Assembly: GCA_000934665.2 (NCBI GenBank)
Contig: KZ538139.1
Coordinates: forward strand, 62,001-117,258
Origin: Catajapyx aquilonaris
Lineage: Eukaryota
Direction of reading: 5' to 3'
Length of the DNA stretch: 55,258 nucleotides
Part shown: in pieces, positions 37,531-51,126 of the stretch
How the letters are laid out: each line of letters begins with the position of its first letter
Numbering within the stretch: position 1 is the stretch's first letter
Program-made: the position numbers and the translations under genes
Notes under the pieces: model-generated
The model's database searches: none
The model's input: only the letters and a program-made list of their open reading frames with translations
What the model was told of the DNA's origin: nothing

Positions 37531-39245
37531 CTAGTAATGCCATCTTGTGGCCAGTTTTGAAAGCAGAAATAAACGAATATTCACACAGTTTTTGACACCT
37601 CTTAAGCTAAGGGTCACGACATTTGCCTTGTTTATCACTCAGCAAGTTATGCAGACTCCATTACCGCGTAAAGTCCGCACATTTGCAGCTATAAATAACT
37701 GCAACAGTCATAACAACATTACCCTTACATGCTTTGTTCTTCAAAATGAGATGCGCCAAACGAGACAAGTGCTGTGCTCATTAGTCCACGTGGGCGTTCA
37801 CCATGCCAGATAAGTTATGCAAAACAGTTCAAATATGCATCATTTTGAACTCCAGGCATAAATCAGCTAGGCAATTTGTATAAAAGTAAGCGAGGTGCCA
37901 CTTAGAACGTCTACCTCAGAACTTTATCTGAAAGTAATTTAACTCTGAAGAAGCTTTTTGAAGGGCTGAGGACCGTCCTTCGGCTTGGGGATTTATGGGA
38001 GTTGGACGTCCTCTCGGGAATGAACCAGCACTATAAATTGAGTCTGCAAGAGAATTACTGTACCTACAGTAACATAACAGGCTTGAATAATTAATGCGAC
38101 AGGTGAGTTAGCGGAAATGTCAACGGTTTACAAAGAATTTTGCTTTTCCTTTCCTATAGGGATTATTGGGTGATGACTTATGAATAGAACACCCGGTGGT
38201 TTGTAACTGATGTAATTAGTTGGTACGATGCGGCAGTGTCCTTGGCGTGTGTGAGACAATCAAGAGGACAATATGCGTGAGGCATGCGATTCCCCACAAT
38301 ATGAAGCACCCTGTACACAACTGTTTTGTCCGAAAAAAAAATTACATATTCGAACAGTCTGAACCGTACAAATTAGCTAAAGTGGCGCAGTGTGTTTATG
38401 AAGCGGACTTGGGTCGACGTAATGAACGATTTTGACGCAGGTTCAACTGGGAAAATAAATTTTCCCACGGAATTGCAACTCATTGAACTGCCGGGACACA
38501 CTGCAAAAACCCCGATGACAAATCGTGGTCGGTCTCATTTACGTGCCATCGGGTGTGTCGGACCCACAATAAATCAACAACTCGACTAGCAAGATCATAG
38601 AAATATGGTTTTTTTTCAGCATTTTTTTTTTTTTGCAAAAAGAAGGTTAATATTGGAAGAAGTGATGAGTGATGAGTTTGCATTAATTTCTGTGGGGTTT
38701 GTAGCGCTGTGCGAAATTTTCCCATTGGCCTGCTACTATGCTTTGTATTGATCAGGTAGGGTTGAGTATAGGGTTGAGAGGGGGGGGGGGGGTAGCACTG
38801 CAGAAAAAGGGTCTAGATACAGAGATACACACGATGTTGAGCCTCACACACGCAGGGTTTCATTATAGTGCAAAAATGAGGCCAATAACATCTTTTGATC
38901 ACACTACTCGATAATTCTACGAATCGCTATTATCTTTCTACATTCACAGATAGCAACCATTTTATGTCGCCACTAGGGATGGGCTACATATTACAGAGCT
39001 GAGTTAGGAAAAAAGGACATTCAAGTTGAATTTAATTGCTTATCTTCCAACATGACGTTGCATTTGTTCTTATGTGTCAAAACTGTCGACCGGGATAATT
39101 ACCCAGTGCAGCTCTCGCGGGTATCATTAGGAAGCAATTAGCAAGAATTACTAGTCAGATGCAACTTGGGAATAGCAGAATTTCGGCTCGCAATAGTACA
39201 TGAGAATTATATTCGGTCGAAACACTGAATTCGTCACAATCACCA

Positions 39246-39301
39246 CCTCACTAGAGGGCAGTGGCAGTTTGTGAGTCAGTCGTGACACGGCCTGGCTGCA
39301 G
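39246..39301 (+). repeat. Dispersed CTCF-motif module (copy 2)
   Basis: CCTCACTAGAGGGCAGTGGCAGTTTGTGAGTCAGTCGTGACACGGCCTGGCTGCAG. Confidence 0.75.
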
Positions 39302-40493
39302 GCTGGTCCAGAACCTGTGTATTATTGGACCTGAGTCGGGAGGGATGTTTTATTTCAAATTTTAACAATTTTACCCAGTTATAAGGCCAACAATTGAGCA
39401 TGAGATGTACCTAAAGAGTAGCTGTAGGTGAAATATTTCCTCCTACAGTTTGCTGGATCGAATTTGTTCGATCGCCCCAGGGGAGGTGACAAAAGGTGTG
39501 GGCGTAATTTCCTGGGCCGGCGGAGTGTAGACAAAGTTGCGAACCCGACAAAAAAAAGAAGAGATGGGGGGAAAACCCAACGGCCCGATAATGAAGTTGG
39601 CAGCCTTCATACAAGGTTCCCAACGTGTCCCAATCTCAGAATGCCAGGCGCTGACTTTCCAAGACTTCCAGAAACTTTTTATTGACATAATTTGACGTAT
39701 TTCTTCCGCAAACGATTTTCATTGGTTATTCGGATATGTTTCGACACAATTTTTAGTGAGTTATGTAGCTTATTTTCAAGAGCTTTAATGATTTAATTTT
39801 TTTATACAGGAATATCCCTGGGAAGATTAGACAGGTGGCAGCACGAGACTCATAGTCATCAATCACGCAGAAGGTAATGGTCTCATTATGAGTTTTTAAT
39901 TACACAAACACATCCATAATCATACTAATATAATTAGCTATTGATTACATCATGGGTGTGTTTCACAGAGGATATTAATTTTTTTTTGCAAATGTTTTCC
40001 ACTTGTGACGTCACATTTTATTTACGTCTAGTAGCCTAAGATTGACAAGAAAAGGCAGAGCTAGAAATAACATTTCCTATTTACTGGAAGGTGGCCCTCA
40101 AAAGCAGAACTAGACTCGTAAAATGGGGGGTGGGTTTCACGATCTAAAGGGTTAAAAATGGCTGCTGGGGAAATAAATATTTTATAGGCGCGGTCTAAAT
40201 TGGATGTCCCTAATTGTTCTCCGAGCAACGTGCCTTATATGAATTCCCCCCGCTTGGCTCTAAGCCCAACTAAAATGGATCTAAAATGGTTGTACTTCAC
40301 AGGCGAGGCTTGTTGGCCGCGGATATATACTTAACAATAGCCAGGCGCAGCTATTCTGGAAGTCCTTTTGTGCCTCGTGAATAATAAATTTGCTATAAAA
40401 CTTTAGATCGATTCCGGTTTGAATTGTGACCATTTTTTCTGGCACTAGTTGTGGATGTCATATTTTTTAAAAATGTAGTCATATCTTCTCAAA

Positions 40494-40562
40494 TTTGCTA
40501 TCGGAAATGTCTATGAGCAACAATAAATTTTATTGTTACTTACAGACATTTCCGATAGCAAA
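40494..40562. repeat. 69-bp hairpin
   Basis: TTTGCTATCGGAAATGTCT..AACAATAAA-T-TTTATTGTT..AGACATTTCCGATAGCAAA. Confidence 0.85.
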
Positions 40563-40699
40563 CCTCCCAAGTTGATATGATCTAACGTCTTAAAGGGCGT
40601 AATTGCTAGGATTTACGTCGTCTGAGTGGGAAATGAGATCTGAACCTGCTGACACATCTGATTCGCTGATTCTACTGGCTGAGCGACAAAAAAACGTGG

Positions 40700-40762
40700 A
40701 TCTGATTGGACGATATCATCTGATTGGACGATATCGCCTCATTGGCCGATATCGCCTGATAT
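40700..40762. repeat. ~17-18-bp tandem repeat, about 3.5 copies
   Basis: CTGATTGGACGATATCAT / CTGATTGGACGATATCGC / CTCATTGGCCGATATCGC. Confidence 0.85.
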
Positions 40763-41577
40763 GCATTTAACGCTGAATTCATATTGACTTTCGATTATAA
40801 CTGTTTGGAACGTCTTATCTCTCCCTTTTCTGGAACCGCCCCTTCCGTCACAAAAGAACCTCTTGAGAGCCAAGACGTGATCTGAAAGACAGTATTTAGC
40901 ACCCTACTTCTTCCTCATGGTTACCCCCCACCCAACTGGGGGATATAGGCTAACATACTTAAGAAGAAGAAGAAAAAAAAAGTCCAAACGACCGTGTCTA
41001 TGAGGTTGGCCGGTGGAATCCAAAAGAAAGGATGCAACTTCCCCCCTTGACCCCCTTTGCCCCCCATAGTCTCCCCCCATAGTCCCCTGTATAACTATAG
41101 CGGCCCAGTTTATTTTTAGCAATCGATCGATATCGGATTGCGCAGACGGACTCCGCGGTTTTCTCTGGCTGCCATATCAAAAGCGTGGCTTTTTGGGGAT
41201 TCTGTATCTGATGTGGGGATACCCTGTGGGACATTACCTTCATAGACTCCAAGGACGTAGGACAGAAATAGGTGCCAGAGTTTTTGATCCCGGTTCGAAT
41301 GAATGCCTTTGGGTGGGCATGTGTCAAGGAGGATTGACATAATTGGTAGGTGTGTTTTGGCATAGGAGATGTGCTTGTTTTGCAAATGAGTTGGGTGTAA
41401 GCTTGTTAGCGGAGTAACTGGATACGTCAGATTTAATGATTCTCAGATTCGGTACAAGTAAGGCACGGATATGCCTCGACTTACTTAAAAACAGAAAAAT
41501 ATTTAAAAAAAAATTAAGTTACGTTAAGTTCAATATTTTCAGTGCCAAGATGATTAGGCCGTCCCAAAGAGAAACAC

Positions 41578-41761
41578 CATAAAATCTGCCGTTCTAAGGA
41601 GAAACACCCTATCTCCAAAACTAGTAAGGGTGAAAGTCGCATGCATGCCCTGTACTAATCCCCCACCGACTCATGAGGGATTCGTGCAGGGCATTCATGC
41701 GACTTTCACCCGTACTAGTTTTGGAGATAAGGTATTTCTCCTTAGAATGGCAGATTTTATG
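41578..41761. mobile_element. 184-bp palindromic MITE-like element
   Basis: CATAAAATCTGCCGTTCTAAGGAGAAA...TTTCTCCTTAGAATGGCAGATTTTATG; arms pair for ~85 bp. Confidence 0.85.
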
Positions 41762-42780
41762 AAAGGGTAGCAGTAATGGAAGTTCATTACATGTAGATTC
41801 CACCTTTAACATTCTGAAAGTCGATGCAACGAAAATTGTGTTTGCTTTATTGAAAATGAACAGTGCAACACTGATGACTTTGTAAATTATTCATTTAGAA
41901 AACGATGGGCAAAAAATTACTACTACTACTACTACTACGTCTCACCATTATTTATTTACGCTCTTTGTGCTCGACAACCAGAATAGTAACTCCGTTACAA
42001 TCTACCTTCTATTTTTGGGAATTCTGACGTAGAGATGTTTCTACGCATTTTCGTGACGTACAGTTGGAGCGTTCCTGATTGGGACAAGCTTAAGCTGATC
42101 TTGACGCTGAACCGGAACCGAAACTAGCTGATTGGCCTCCTTCTTTCCACGAGTCACTTGCACCCCCTAAGATATAACTCACTAAAAAACCAGGCAGCCC
42201 CACCTCCTTCCTCAAGAAATTATAGGGAACATCCGATGCACGTATCACCAGGGGGCAGTGTCCAATTTTTCTTCCGAAAAGCGGCTCCTCGATGCCACAT
42301 AAATTCATCTCTCCAGTTGGCTTAGTTTCGGGTCTCGGCCTTAATATCACATGACAAATGTTGGGCTGGACTTTTGTTCGGAAGGATTCGTTAAAAATGC
42401 TGGTGTCTGCTATTTTTTTAAGCGATTTTATTAAAGAGTTATTTGAAATTCAGGGGCATTGTCCAGGATGGCATGTAGCCAATGATAAACCCACCACTTA
42501 TCACAGCATGAAGGCGATGACTCACCGCCCCTTCATTAACACCCTCGCTCATTGGCCCACAGGTGTCCTTGAGTTCTTTTAAGCCAATGACAAACGCCCA
42601 CTTCCAAGTGCTCTCTAGGGCCAATGGATGCGTGTGGTTGAGAGTGGGCGTTCAACAGCTGGAGTTGAAGCGACTCTCAGCCACAACAAGCCTACCATTA
42701 ATGCCATCCTTATTGTGTGTTATTCAGGACATGAACCCAACACCCGGAGGCCTAACAGTGCGTCTTACCCATATATGGTA

Positions 42781-43038
42781 CAGTGTTGGACATTAATCGC
42801 GTCATACTGCTTGCGACATTTTTGTGATGCGGCAGAAGTGCAAATCGAAGTGAGCCGTGCGAGTAAGAAGAGGAAGGCCTTGAGTGACGTCACCGACTGG
42901 GAGACAATGGAGAAAAGGCTTGTCCCCAGCTAGTGACGTCACCCAAGGGCTACCTCTTCTTACTCGCACGGCTCGTTTACACGTCTGCCGCTTCGGAAAA
43001 TGTCGCTAGTAGTATGACGCGATTAATGTCCAACACTG
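42781..43038. mobile_element. 258-bp MITE with long TIRs (CAGTGTTGGACATTAATCGCGTCATACT)
   Basis: 28-bp perfect terminal inverted repeat extending imperfectly past 100 bp; second copy at 12711; no clear target-site duplication. Confidence 0.9.
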
Positions 43039-46000
43039 CCGGTATTGTGCCGATATAGATGACGTGGATGCTAGTGGGAAGGGTTGTACAGCAGTCGTGA
43101 TGCAGCCGGATACGACAGGTCAAACCACAGTGGGTTAATGAACTTGTAATTTTCTCACTTTGTTTATCTCATCCTTTTCTTCGAAGTAAGAAATCTATAC
43201 TCTGTGCGGTTGTACGTAAGTAATTGGATGCTCCAGCCGCAAATTCCAGGACGGCTTGAAGGAGGGTCGATAAAGAACCAACGAGGGTTGAATTCGCCTT
43301 TTTCTCGCCCGGTTTTAGTATAGGAACCGCGTCTCCGGTTCTGGAAGGATGGAAATAATGGGCCTTCGGTCTGACTACCAACCAACTTGGTTTCAGGGAC
43401 ACATTCAGGGTGGTAGTACGTTACGCCCTTTTACCTTGTACAGTAACCGGGGTACTGGTCACGTCCGACTTAAAGCCTTATATAAGGACCTAACGTGATC
43501 TCCGTCTCATCATGCTCAAGAGTGTCAGCTAGTGACATTGGACACACGTGAGTATCGCCAGTGAAGTCATTAGGAGGCCATGCACTAAAAAGGGTTATGA
43601 ATACCGATATGAACTGTACGGCGACGTACCTCGAATTAAAAGCACAATATCCGGAATCTTGCAGAACATGAATTATTCCGTAACTGTACAGTTCCTGCTT
43701 TGCTTCCTAGATTTTGGTCTTTGTCATGCAAAAACATTCATTACTATGTTAAAATGGTGCCCAGTTTATGAACTGCACTGTACTTTACTGTCATCCTGGC
43801 GTGTATGCAACCGTACCTTTGCACAACGGGCTTCATAATCCACAGGCGCTGGCAAATGAACAACGACGTTTCTTATCAGTGGTCAAATAAACGTTTCCAA
43901 GAATCGGGAATCGGGAATTGTCACGGGGGCCAATATGCCGGGGGCGAAACGGCGGGGGCGAAAAGTCCGGGACTCTTTTCAAGATCATCCGTTCCGTTTT
44001 TTCCAGTACGAATTGACTGGGCCATACCCTAACGAACGTATGTAACCAGCTGGGACTAGGAAATGCAGCAAAACCGCTTTTTTTTGTACGAGTCAGACAC
44101 TTGAGCGTTTTGACATGCTCAACGGGGCACTACATGCACTCTCGGCGATTGGGGTCCGACCGTTTTTTGGTCCGGAATAACACTTGACGCAGCTGCCCTC
44201 GGATTATTGTGCACCGTTCCTCACCTTCACCAGCGACCATTTTGCGGTTTGGAAACGTGTGTCGAGTACGATGGACCAATCGGTACTGGGTACGTTTTTT
44301 TAAAAAATAGCTGAGCCCTATATGTACTAATGGAGTGTACCATTAGGCATAGACGTCAGCTTGCGAAAACCCATATTTTTTTGGATGTCGATTAGAAGCT
44401 TTTGTAGTCAGCTGCGGGCCTAATTAATAAATCCATATATGCGTTGCACGTCGCACTGATCACAGACTTCTAATATAAAAGCGGGGGGGTCTGTACTGAG
44501 AGCCACGTTCGGTCCTGATATCTAATAACGTAATATGTGATGGATATGCATTACGGGACTGGGCTGTGGCTGATTATAGTGTCAAACAGACCGAAAGTGA
44601 TCTATAAACCGGTCGGATCCGACATTTTTGAGCAAAAAAGTTGCATTGTCAGTCGCGGTCACTTTTGTAATTGTGTTTTTCCACAAAAATTTTGTGATCC
44701 GCAGTATTTTACGACCAGCTCCAAAATTTAATTACAAAGTTTTCCTCCAAACTTACCACGTCATTTAATCCAGCCATTACAAGTTGTAAGTCGCATCTGC
44801 GACGCCCCCCTTTTCTTACGCGCTTCAGAAAAAATTATTACCCCTTAGATCCACTTTATAATGAAGCAATTTTGTTGCATGTATGTTACGAAGCCCCCAA
44901 AAATAAACGGGATCCCAACCCTCAAAAGCTCTTGTCGCATCATATAAGCCGCTGTAATTACATAGAATTCTCCTTAGAACTACGGTCCTACAGCTGCCAC
45001 TTCCTACATTCGATACAAGACCAGTTGTTATTATCTTGCAGCAACGCCCACTGCGTCATCCTCAAGCTCTTTTTTTGGTGGAGGTTTTATAGATGGTTTT
45101 TTTGGGGGGGACCCGGTTCTTGGAGAGGGATCTCTTCGTGCGATGAGTTTCAAACTTGATGTTCTTGACTGTGGTGCAGTTGAGAGGAGATCCTACTTGG
45201 GGCAATGCAGTTCGAACTTTTCTAGGATCTGGGAAGATGCTGCTGTCTCATATCAATTCTCATATCAGCAGCCACAGGCTACCTTTCATCCTACTTCATT
45301 CTCAAGGTTCTTTGGGCGAATCTGGTGGAATAGAGAACATATTGGCTGTGTGGTAATGAAATTATTTGGGCGCGAAATAATTAGGAGTATAATGAAGTCA
45401 TCAGGGAAATTAAGGGTGTTTCTCACACAGTTTCCTAGCAGATTTCTTGGGCGTAATTCGGCGGAAACATGATAAGACCAGAGGAAATTATCCGGGGTTT
45501 TTCAGCGAGGGTGGGGCAGAAATTTTTCATGTTTGCGGAAAAGTTGGCAGAACTTTTTCCCTTTCTGTCCAATGATGTTTGCTTTGCGGAAGGATCCTTT
45601 TCATTGGGCCCTATCCTGAATACTTAAGGAAGGGGTTGGGTACACTATTCCGGAAGCTGCTTTTGTCGGAAGGGAAGGAGAAGTCATTTGTGCTCCAAAC
45701 GGTGGACCAGGACTGGGAATATCCGACAATTTTCTCGGAGAAAGGGAACATGAAGACATTAAAGACAGCAGACGTCTCTGGAGAATTCAAATTCAATCCT
45801 GCAGACACTGTGGGCTGTAGAATCAATAGTAGCATTACATAGTTCATGGGACGTCCATAAAAAATAGGTGACAGGTCGAAAATTGTGCGGAGTACAAATG
45901 GTTGTATCCAAGACGCCCGAAATTGATCCCGAATTTTTTAAACGGCCTAGAAACGTCAAAGCCCGCCATTTGATATATTCTTTTTATATATCCATCCACA

Positions 46001-49000
46001 CTTTAGAAACTGGAAATATCAAGTTGGCAAAAAAATTCCTGTCGCGTGTTCTTGACATTTGACTTTTTTTTTGCGCCCACTTTTGTCCCTCTCTCTCGAA
46101 TGTCATGTAAATGTCAGGAAAGGATTTGTTACTCTCTGTCTCTCTCTCGGATCCGGATTCCAACGTCACCTTTAAAGTAGTACGCCCGATCTATTTCCCT
46201 TTCCGACTTTTTGACCACCTGTTGTGGCCATTTGCCCACCATATCTTCACCATCTTAACTCGTAGGTCTGGATACAAAGGGGTTTGCTTGGAGGCACCTA
46301 AGTTGGAGGTACAAAGCACCCAAGTTAGGTACAAAGGAAATTCCCTCAAACTGTGGGAGAGGGCTGGCCAATAGCCCGGAGAATATCCGGGGCCGATAGC
46401 AGCCTTTAAGGGCTTGTCAGTCAATACCGAACTGAATTTGGGATAAATACTCGGGTTTCACGCAGAATTGACTGAAAAAACGTAACTGATATACGGCGCG
46501 AAAAACGGCGCGACAAACACCGCGAAACACTCCAGAAGCGACGAATCTTCATGCCGATGTGTCGTTCGTCAACAATCTCATTTTCTTTTCTATTATACCT
46601 CTCCGTCAGCTCAATTAGTGTCCGTCATAGTATTCCTCGGAGAAAAAAATATCGCGGCAGTTGACACGGCTATTAAGGGTGGAAATCAGCTTAAGGATGG
46701 GAAAAATCCATCTTTAGAAAGCGCTTCATATAAGAGGCTCAGAAAATTCTTGGGGGAAGGCAACGCCACCTTTTTCCCCTTTTGAAGTCGGAACAAAGCT
46801 GGGAGAAGAAAGCAAGGGATGACACACTTTCCTCACCTGACTGGTTCCATATTCTTTCTGGAGCAACCCCTGTCATCTCATGGTCTTCAGACTGTCTTAT
46901 AGCCATCAACAGCAACAGACATGGTTACTGTACTTCGGGAGGACTTCTTATATAAACAAATTAATAACGAAATATTAAAAGCGCTTCAGGCAAATTGAAC
47001 CGCTTCTTTTTTTTTGAGAATTTCGATGTGGAGAATACTTTTAGAGAAAAGCAATTCTCTTGGGGAGAACGAGGTATCAATTCATTCTCCTCGAAGGGGT
47101 CGGAAAATTTGTCTGTCCCAAAGGAAAATCGAGGAAGCCTGGTTGCTGCGAAGAACGAAAAGAGTGGTGTTCCCCAAGGTGCCGTCTGCGCTTGCGTTGC
47201 ATTGGCGACAAAGGACACAGCTGGGGCGTTTGATTCGACCAAACTGATGACCCCATACGTATTAGAGCAGTCAGATTAAATTCCTACGACGTGGATCAAA
47301 GTGCCTCTACTTTCAAACAATAAGGGACAGCTCTTGACGGTAACTGCTCTTTCAATTGTTCGGGAAGGAAAGTTTCGGCATGCAATTTTCATGCCAATTG
47401 ACCCAGAGCTCGAATTTAGTAGACATGGGCTGGTTTTCGTATAGAGATTGCCAATATACTATGAGAGGCTATTCGCGTTCATTTATTATTATGTAATTTT
47501 GTAACATTGCTGCACTGTTCCTTTGTTGCCAGTGGGTACTGGCCAATATTGGAAATTCCAGAGAGAGCCAATATGGGGCTGTATCAAGCTTTAAAAAGTA
47601 TCGATTCTAATTTAACGAAAAAAAGGGAAATTACATGTTTGTATTTCAAGAGCTGCGATATTTAAGACTTTGAACATTTATTGGGGACAAACTCTGAACC
47701 AATACAATAATGAGGACCTTTGTTGCATCTAATTGCTAATTTTTGAAAATCGATTTTTTAAAAATCATGCATGAAATAAATAGTAATTGCCCTACATTTT
47801 TGTGCACATTTTGCTAGTGGAGGTTCGTGGTTCCTGCTTTGCATCCACTCATTACACAATGCTTTGTTTATTACTTTAAAAGTCTCAAAGAGCGATTTCA
47901 CGGCTCCTTTCCCTCAGTTTGCGTTTGCCAGTACAACTGTATTTTGTGGTAAAAGCAAATGGAAAAAACCGCATGGCCGAACTATTTGCTAGTTGTCCAC
48001 CAAGCGCGATAAAAGCCGGACCCTGCAGTAGAGGAAACACGATAACAACTCTGCTTCTGGCACACACCATTGTTGTTTCCCAATGTTACAACCCTCCAAA
48101 AGGACGATTCTTTCATCCATACGATGATCCATACTCGTATAGTGGTGATTGATTTTCGTGAATTTCTACTGAAGTTCGACATGATCACCAGGTGATATTG
48201 GTGATGTCCATCCCTTTACAACGTGTTTTATCTCAAGTTTACACATCGCCTAGCTATCGGCCATGTGTTGAAGGTTCCTTTGTCCAGAACAGGATGCAAC
48301 CGAAACGCTTCGATGCTCTCCAAACATCATAACACAAAGGGGCACCTTCTCCTCTTGGCCTGACCTTGTTCCACTTTGTTCTTCCGACTAATCTGACGAC
48401 TTTTGCTGGCAATGCGGAAGGTTTTAGACGCCAGTCCACTTTGAGGACCGTTCCTCCAAGTACAAAAAAAAAATATCCAAACGGCTGGTGCGGATGGCTG
48501 CAGAAAACGTGAGCCAACAAGTGGGCAGAGGTCTCTTGTAGGCCAGGATGACACATTGCCAACTGCTTGCATGTTTTGGCCAGAGGATGTCCCTTGGTAA
48601 TCAGGCGCAACTTGACCTCTTTTGGGACTTATACACCAGCTGGTCTCATTTGCCTATACAGATCTTGGCAAAAAAAATTGCACAAAAAATCCGGACTCGC
48701 TGAAAATTAGACATCTTTTCAGGAGTCGGCCGATATACAGATTTAGAGCCCACTGGAGCTATAAATAGGCCAACACAAAGTGGAACCCGCTAATTTGCCC
48801 ATGATAAATGGAAGCCAAGGTATATAGAACGACAGCTTCAATTTGGCCAACTGTGCCAGCAGAAGAATGAATGGAAAAAAATGGATGTCTTTTGACACAC
48901 TTTTATAGAAGGGCGGTTTATTGGCTGTTTTATATGGAATGATTTTTTTTGTGATAACTGCGAAAAAAGTGTGGAGGTTATTGATCATAATCTTGTTTAA

Positions 49001-50190
49001 TAGAGCTGGGAAATATTCTATGCAAATTTTTTGGAAGGTTATGACCACTGGGCAAATCCTGGGCACAAAAGAATTCAAAATTGGCTAGAATTTCAATCAC
49101 AAATGGTTATAAACTATTCGAATTTTCCTATTTAGTACAGCTGTACAGGACCAGTTGAACTGCATGCAGGGTTTCTTAGTACTTTGCAGCAATCTTGCCT
49201 ATTGTATACTGTAGTAGGATAACCTAGGTCGATTCTCTGTTGCCGCACACGCCAAATGCTGTAATCGCCCTGGGATTCGGCCACAGCTGCAGCTGATTGG
49301 AGCAGCCCAGGCCACATGAGACTCGATATTGTGTGCAGCGAAATTCAGTCGCATTTTGAAAATAACTCTGACGCATTGTTCATCAAGTGATACTTGTGGC
49401 ATTGAAGGTTTTTCCGGCGAGTTATTCAACAGGTGAGGCACATCAGGCTTCTGCTGTACCATCTTTGAGGAAATGTCACAGTCAACATAATTTCCATGTA
49501 AAACCGAAATTGTTCGTATGTGCGACATTACATAGGAGAATTCGTCCGATATTTGGAAAACTTCGTCTGCCGTCAGCTTAATGGTTCAAATTTGAATGCT
49601 CATGATATCTAATGGCATTGTTAGTAAAGCGAAATTGAAGATAAACTTCTCGTATCTTTTTTCAACACCTTAACGATATTAAAAATATCGGGGCCGTATT
49701 TTTCAAAGACGTCCTGATTCTTGCCCATCTGAGAAGCCATTTCGCTCCCCAGTAATCTCCGCCTCCGCTTTTATTGAAGCGGCCAACATTTCTAAAACAC
49801 CTTTTAGCTCCGGTAATATCGCAATTACCCTCCCCATAACGACGACTCCTAAGCCATCAAATGCAGTGCAAGCCTAAGAACATGGGCCGGCCCCAATCTT
49901 ATACCATAGAGCGCCCAGACCCCTACTTGTGTTATTATAGGCTAGCCCTGGGAATTATATACTGCCAGGTAGAGGAGGATTTCTATTCGAGCCTAGAATT
50001 TTCGCTGAATTTTCTGCTTACTTTGGTAATGAGGTTGAAGCGCATATTATGTAGGTTAAGTCTAAAAATGGCCACACCCTGCATTGCCCTCATATGTGGT
50101 TGAAAATAATGTTTATAAATAATTGGACGCCAGGATCGCCACACACTAAGGAACTACAGCGCCGAAGCGTCAATCCCACTCCCTACTTGT

Positions 50191-50303
50191 GGCAAACCCC
50201 AAGTAACCTAACCTAACCTAACCTTTCTTCCTTGCGGATACAGCCATATCTTCAGAAGAAAGGTTAGGTTAGGGCCGGTTGCGGTGACCTCTTGGGGTTT
50301 GCC
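50191..50303. mobile_element. 113-bp MITE-like element with 13-bp TIRs enclosing inverted TTAGG tracts
   Basis: GGCAAACCCCAAG-(TAACC)4-TTTCTTC...GAAGAAA-GGTTAGGTTAGG...CTTGGGGTTTGCC. Confidence 0.7.
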
Positions 50304-51126
50304 TATATGCATAAGGATGGGTAGGAGTGTCAATGGGCTGGTCGGCACAAAATTGCAGCAGTAGCGCAGTTGACAAAATCGAACATGAGGAATTGCATAC
50401 TTTTTCGCTCTGCTTACCTTCCGCAAGAATAATAGCGGCATTAAAAAAAACTGCAAAAAATGGCCAGCACTCCATCACTCGTAGAAGTAAAGAAGCCGTT
50501 TGCCATCCAAATTAGCGCATTAGCCAGCCATGCAGCTCATCAAATTGAGCATCCAGACGTGGGATAAATCGAGTTCCACTTTTCGACTGTACATCACACT
50601 TTTTTTTTTGGCAGAGCCTGTAATTAACAAGGCTTGGCGACCTATTTCAAAAAAAAAATTAGGGGCCACAAAAAAAAGTAGTGTTCGTTGGTCTTGACGT
50701 CAGCTGAACGAGGTCGGATAAGACAAACCCTTGGCCATTTTTCCTGATCCCCATATAGAGTCGTGCCTGCCCTAGTTGGAGTCTGGATGCCCCACCCTAT
50801 CTGCCCTTCTGGCTGACTCTGATTCTCTATTCCCCTAGCCACCCCTTTCCCCAAACCCCCATCCTAATCTGGGCTAAAAATAGACGGCTAGATCAATGAG
50901 GCGGTCTCTCTAGCTAGCTCTCTCTCAACTGCAGCTCCAAATGATTCTAGTGCATGCGAGCCACACCTTTTTTTGTTTTTGTTTTTCTAACACTGTCTTT
51001 CTATTCGTTTTCAAGATAAGGTGTTTTAAGAAACAGGGTGAGGAAAAGGGCATGGTCATTAGAGATTGGTGAAAAATTGGTATGAAACACGCTGGACACA
51101 ACAGAAGTACAACAACAATAATATGA

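Noticed and set aside
40700..40762. CRISPR-like array
   Set aside because: Direct tandem units without unique spacers, in a eukaryotic intron with no cas genes.
44840..46740. Decayed transposon coding region (cluster of short ORFs)
   Set aside because: No RT, integrase or DDE motif in the frames I read and no convincing termini; needs tBLASTx against Repbase/Dfam.
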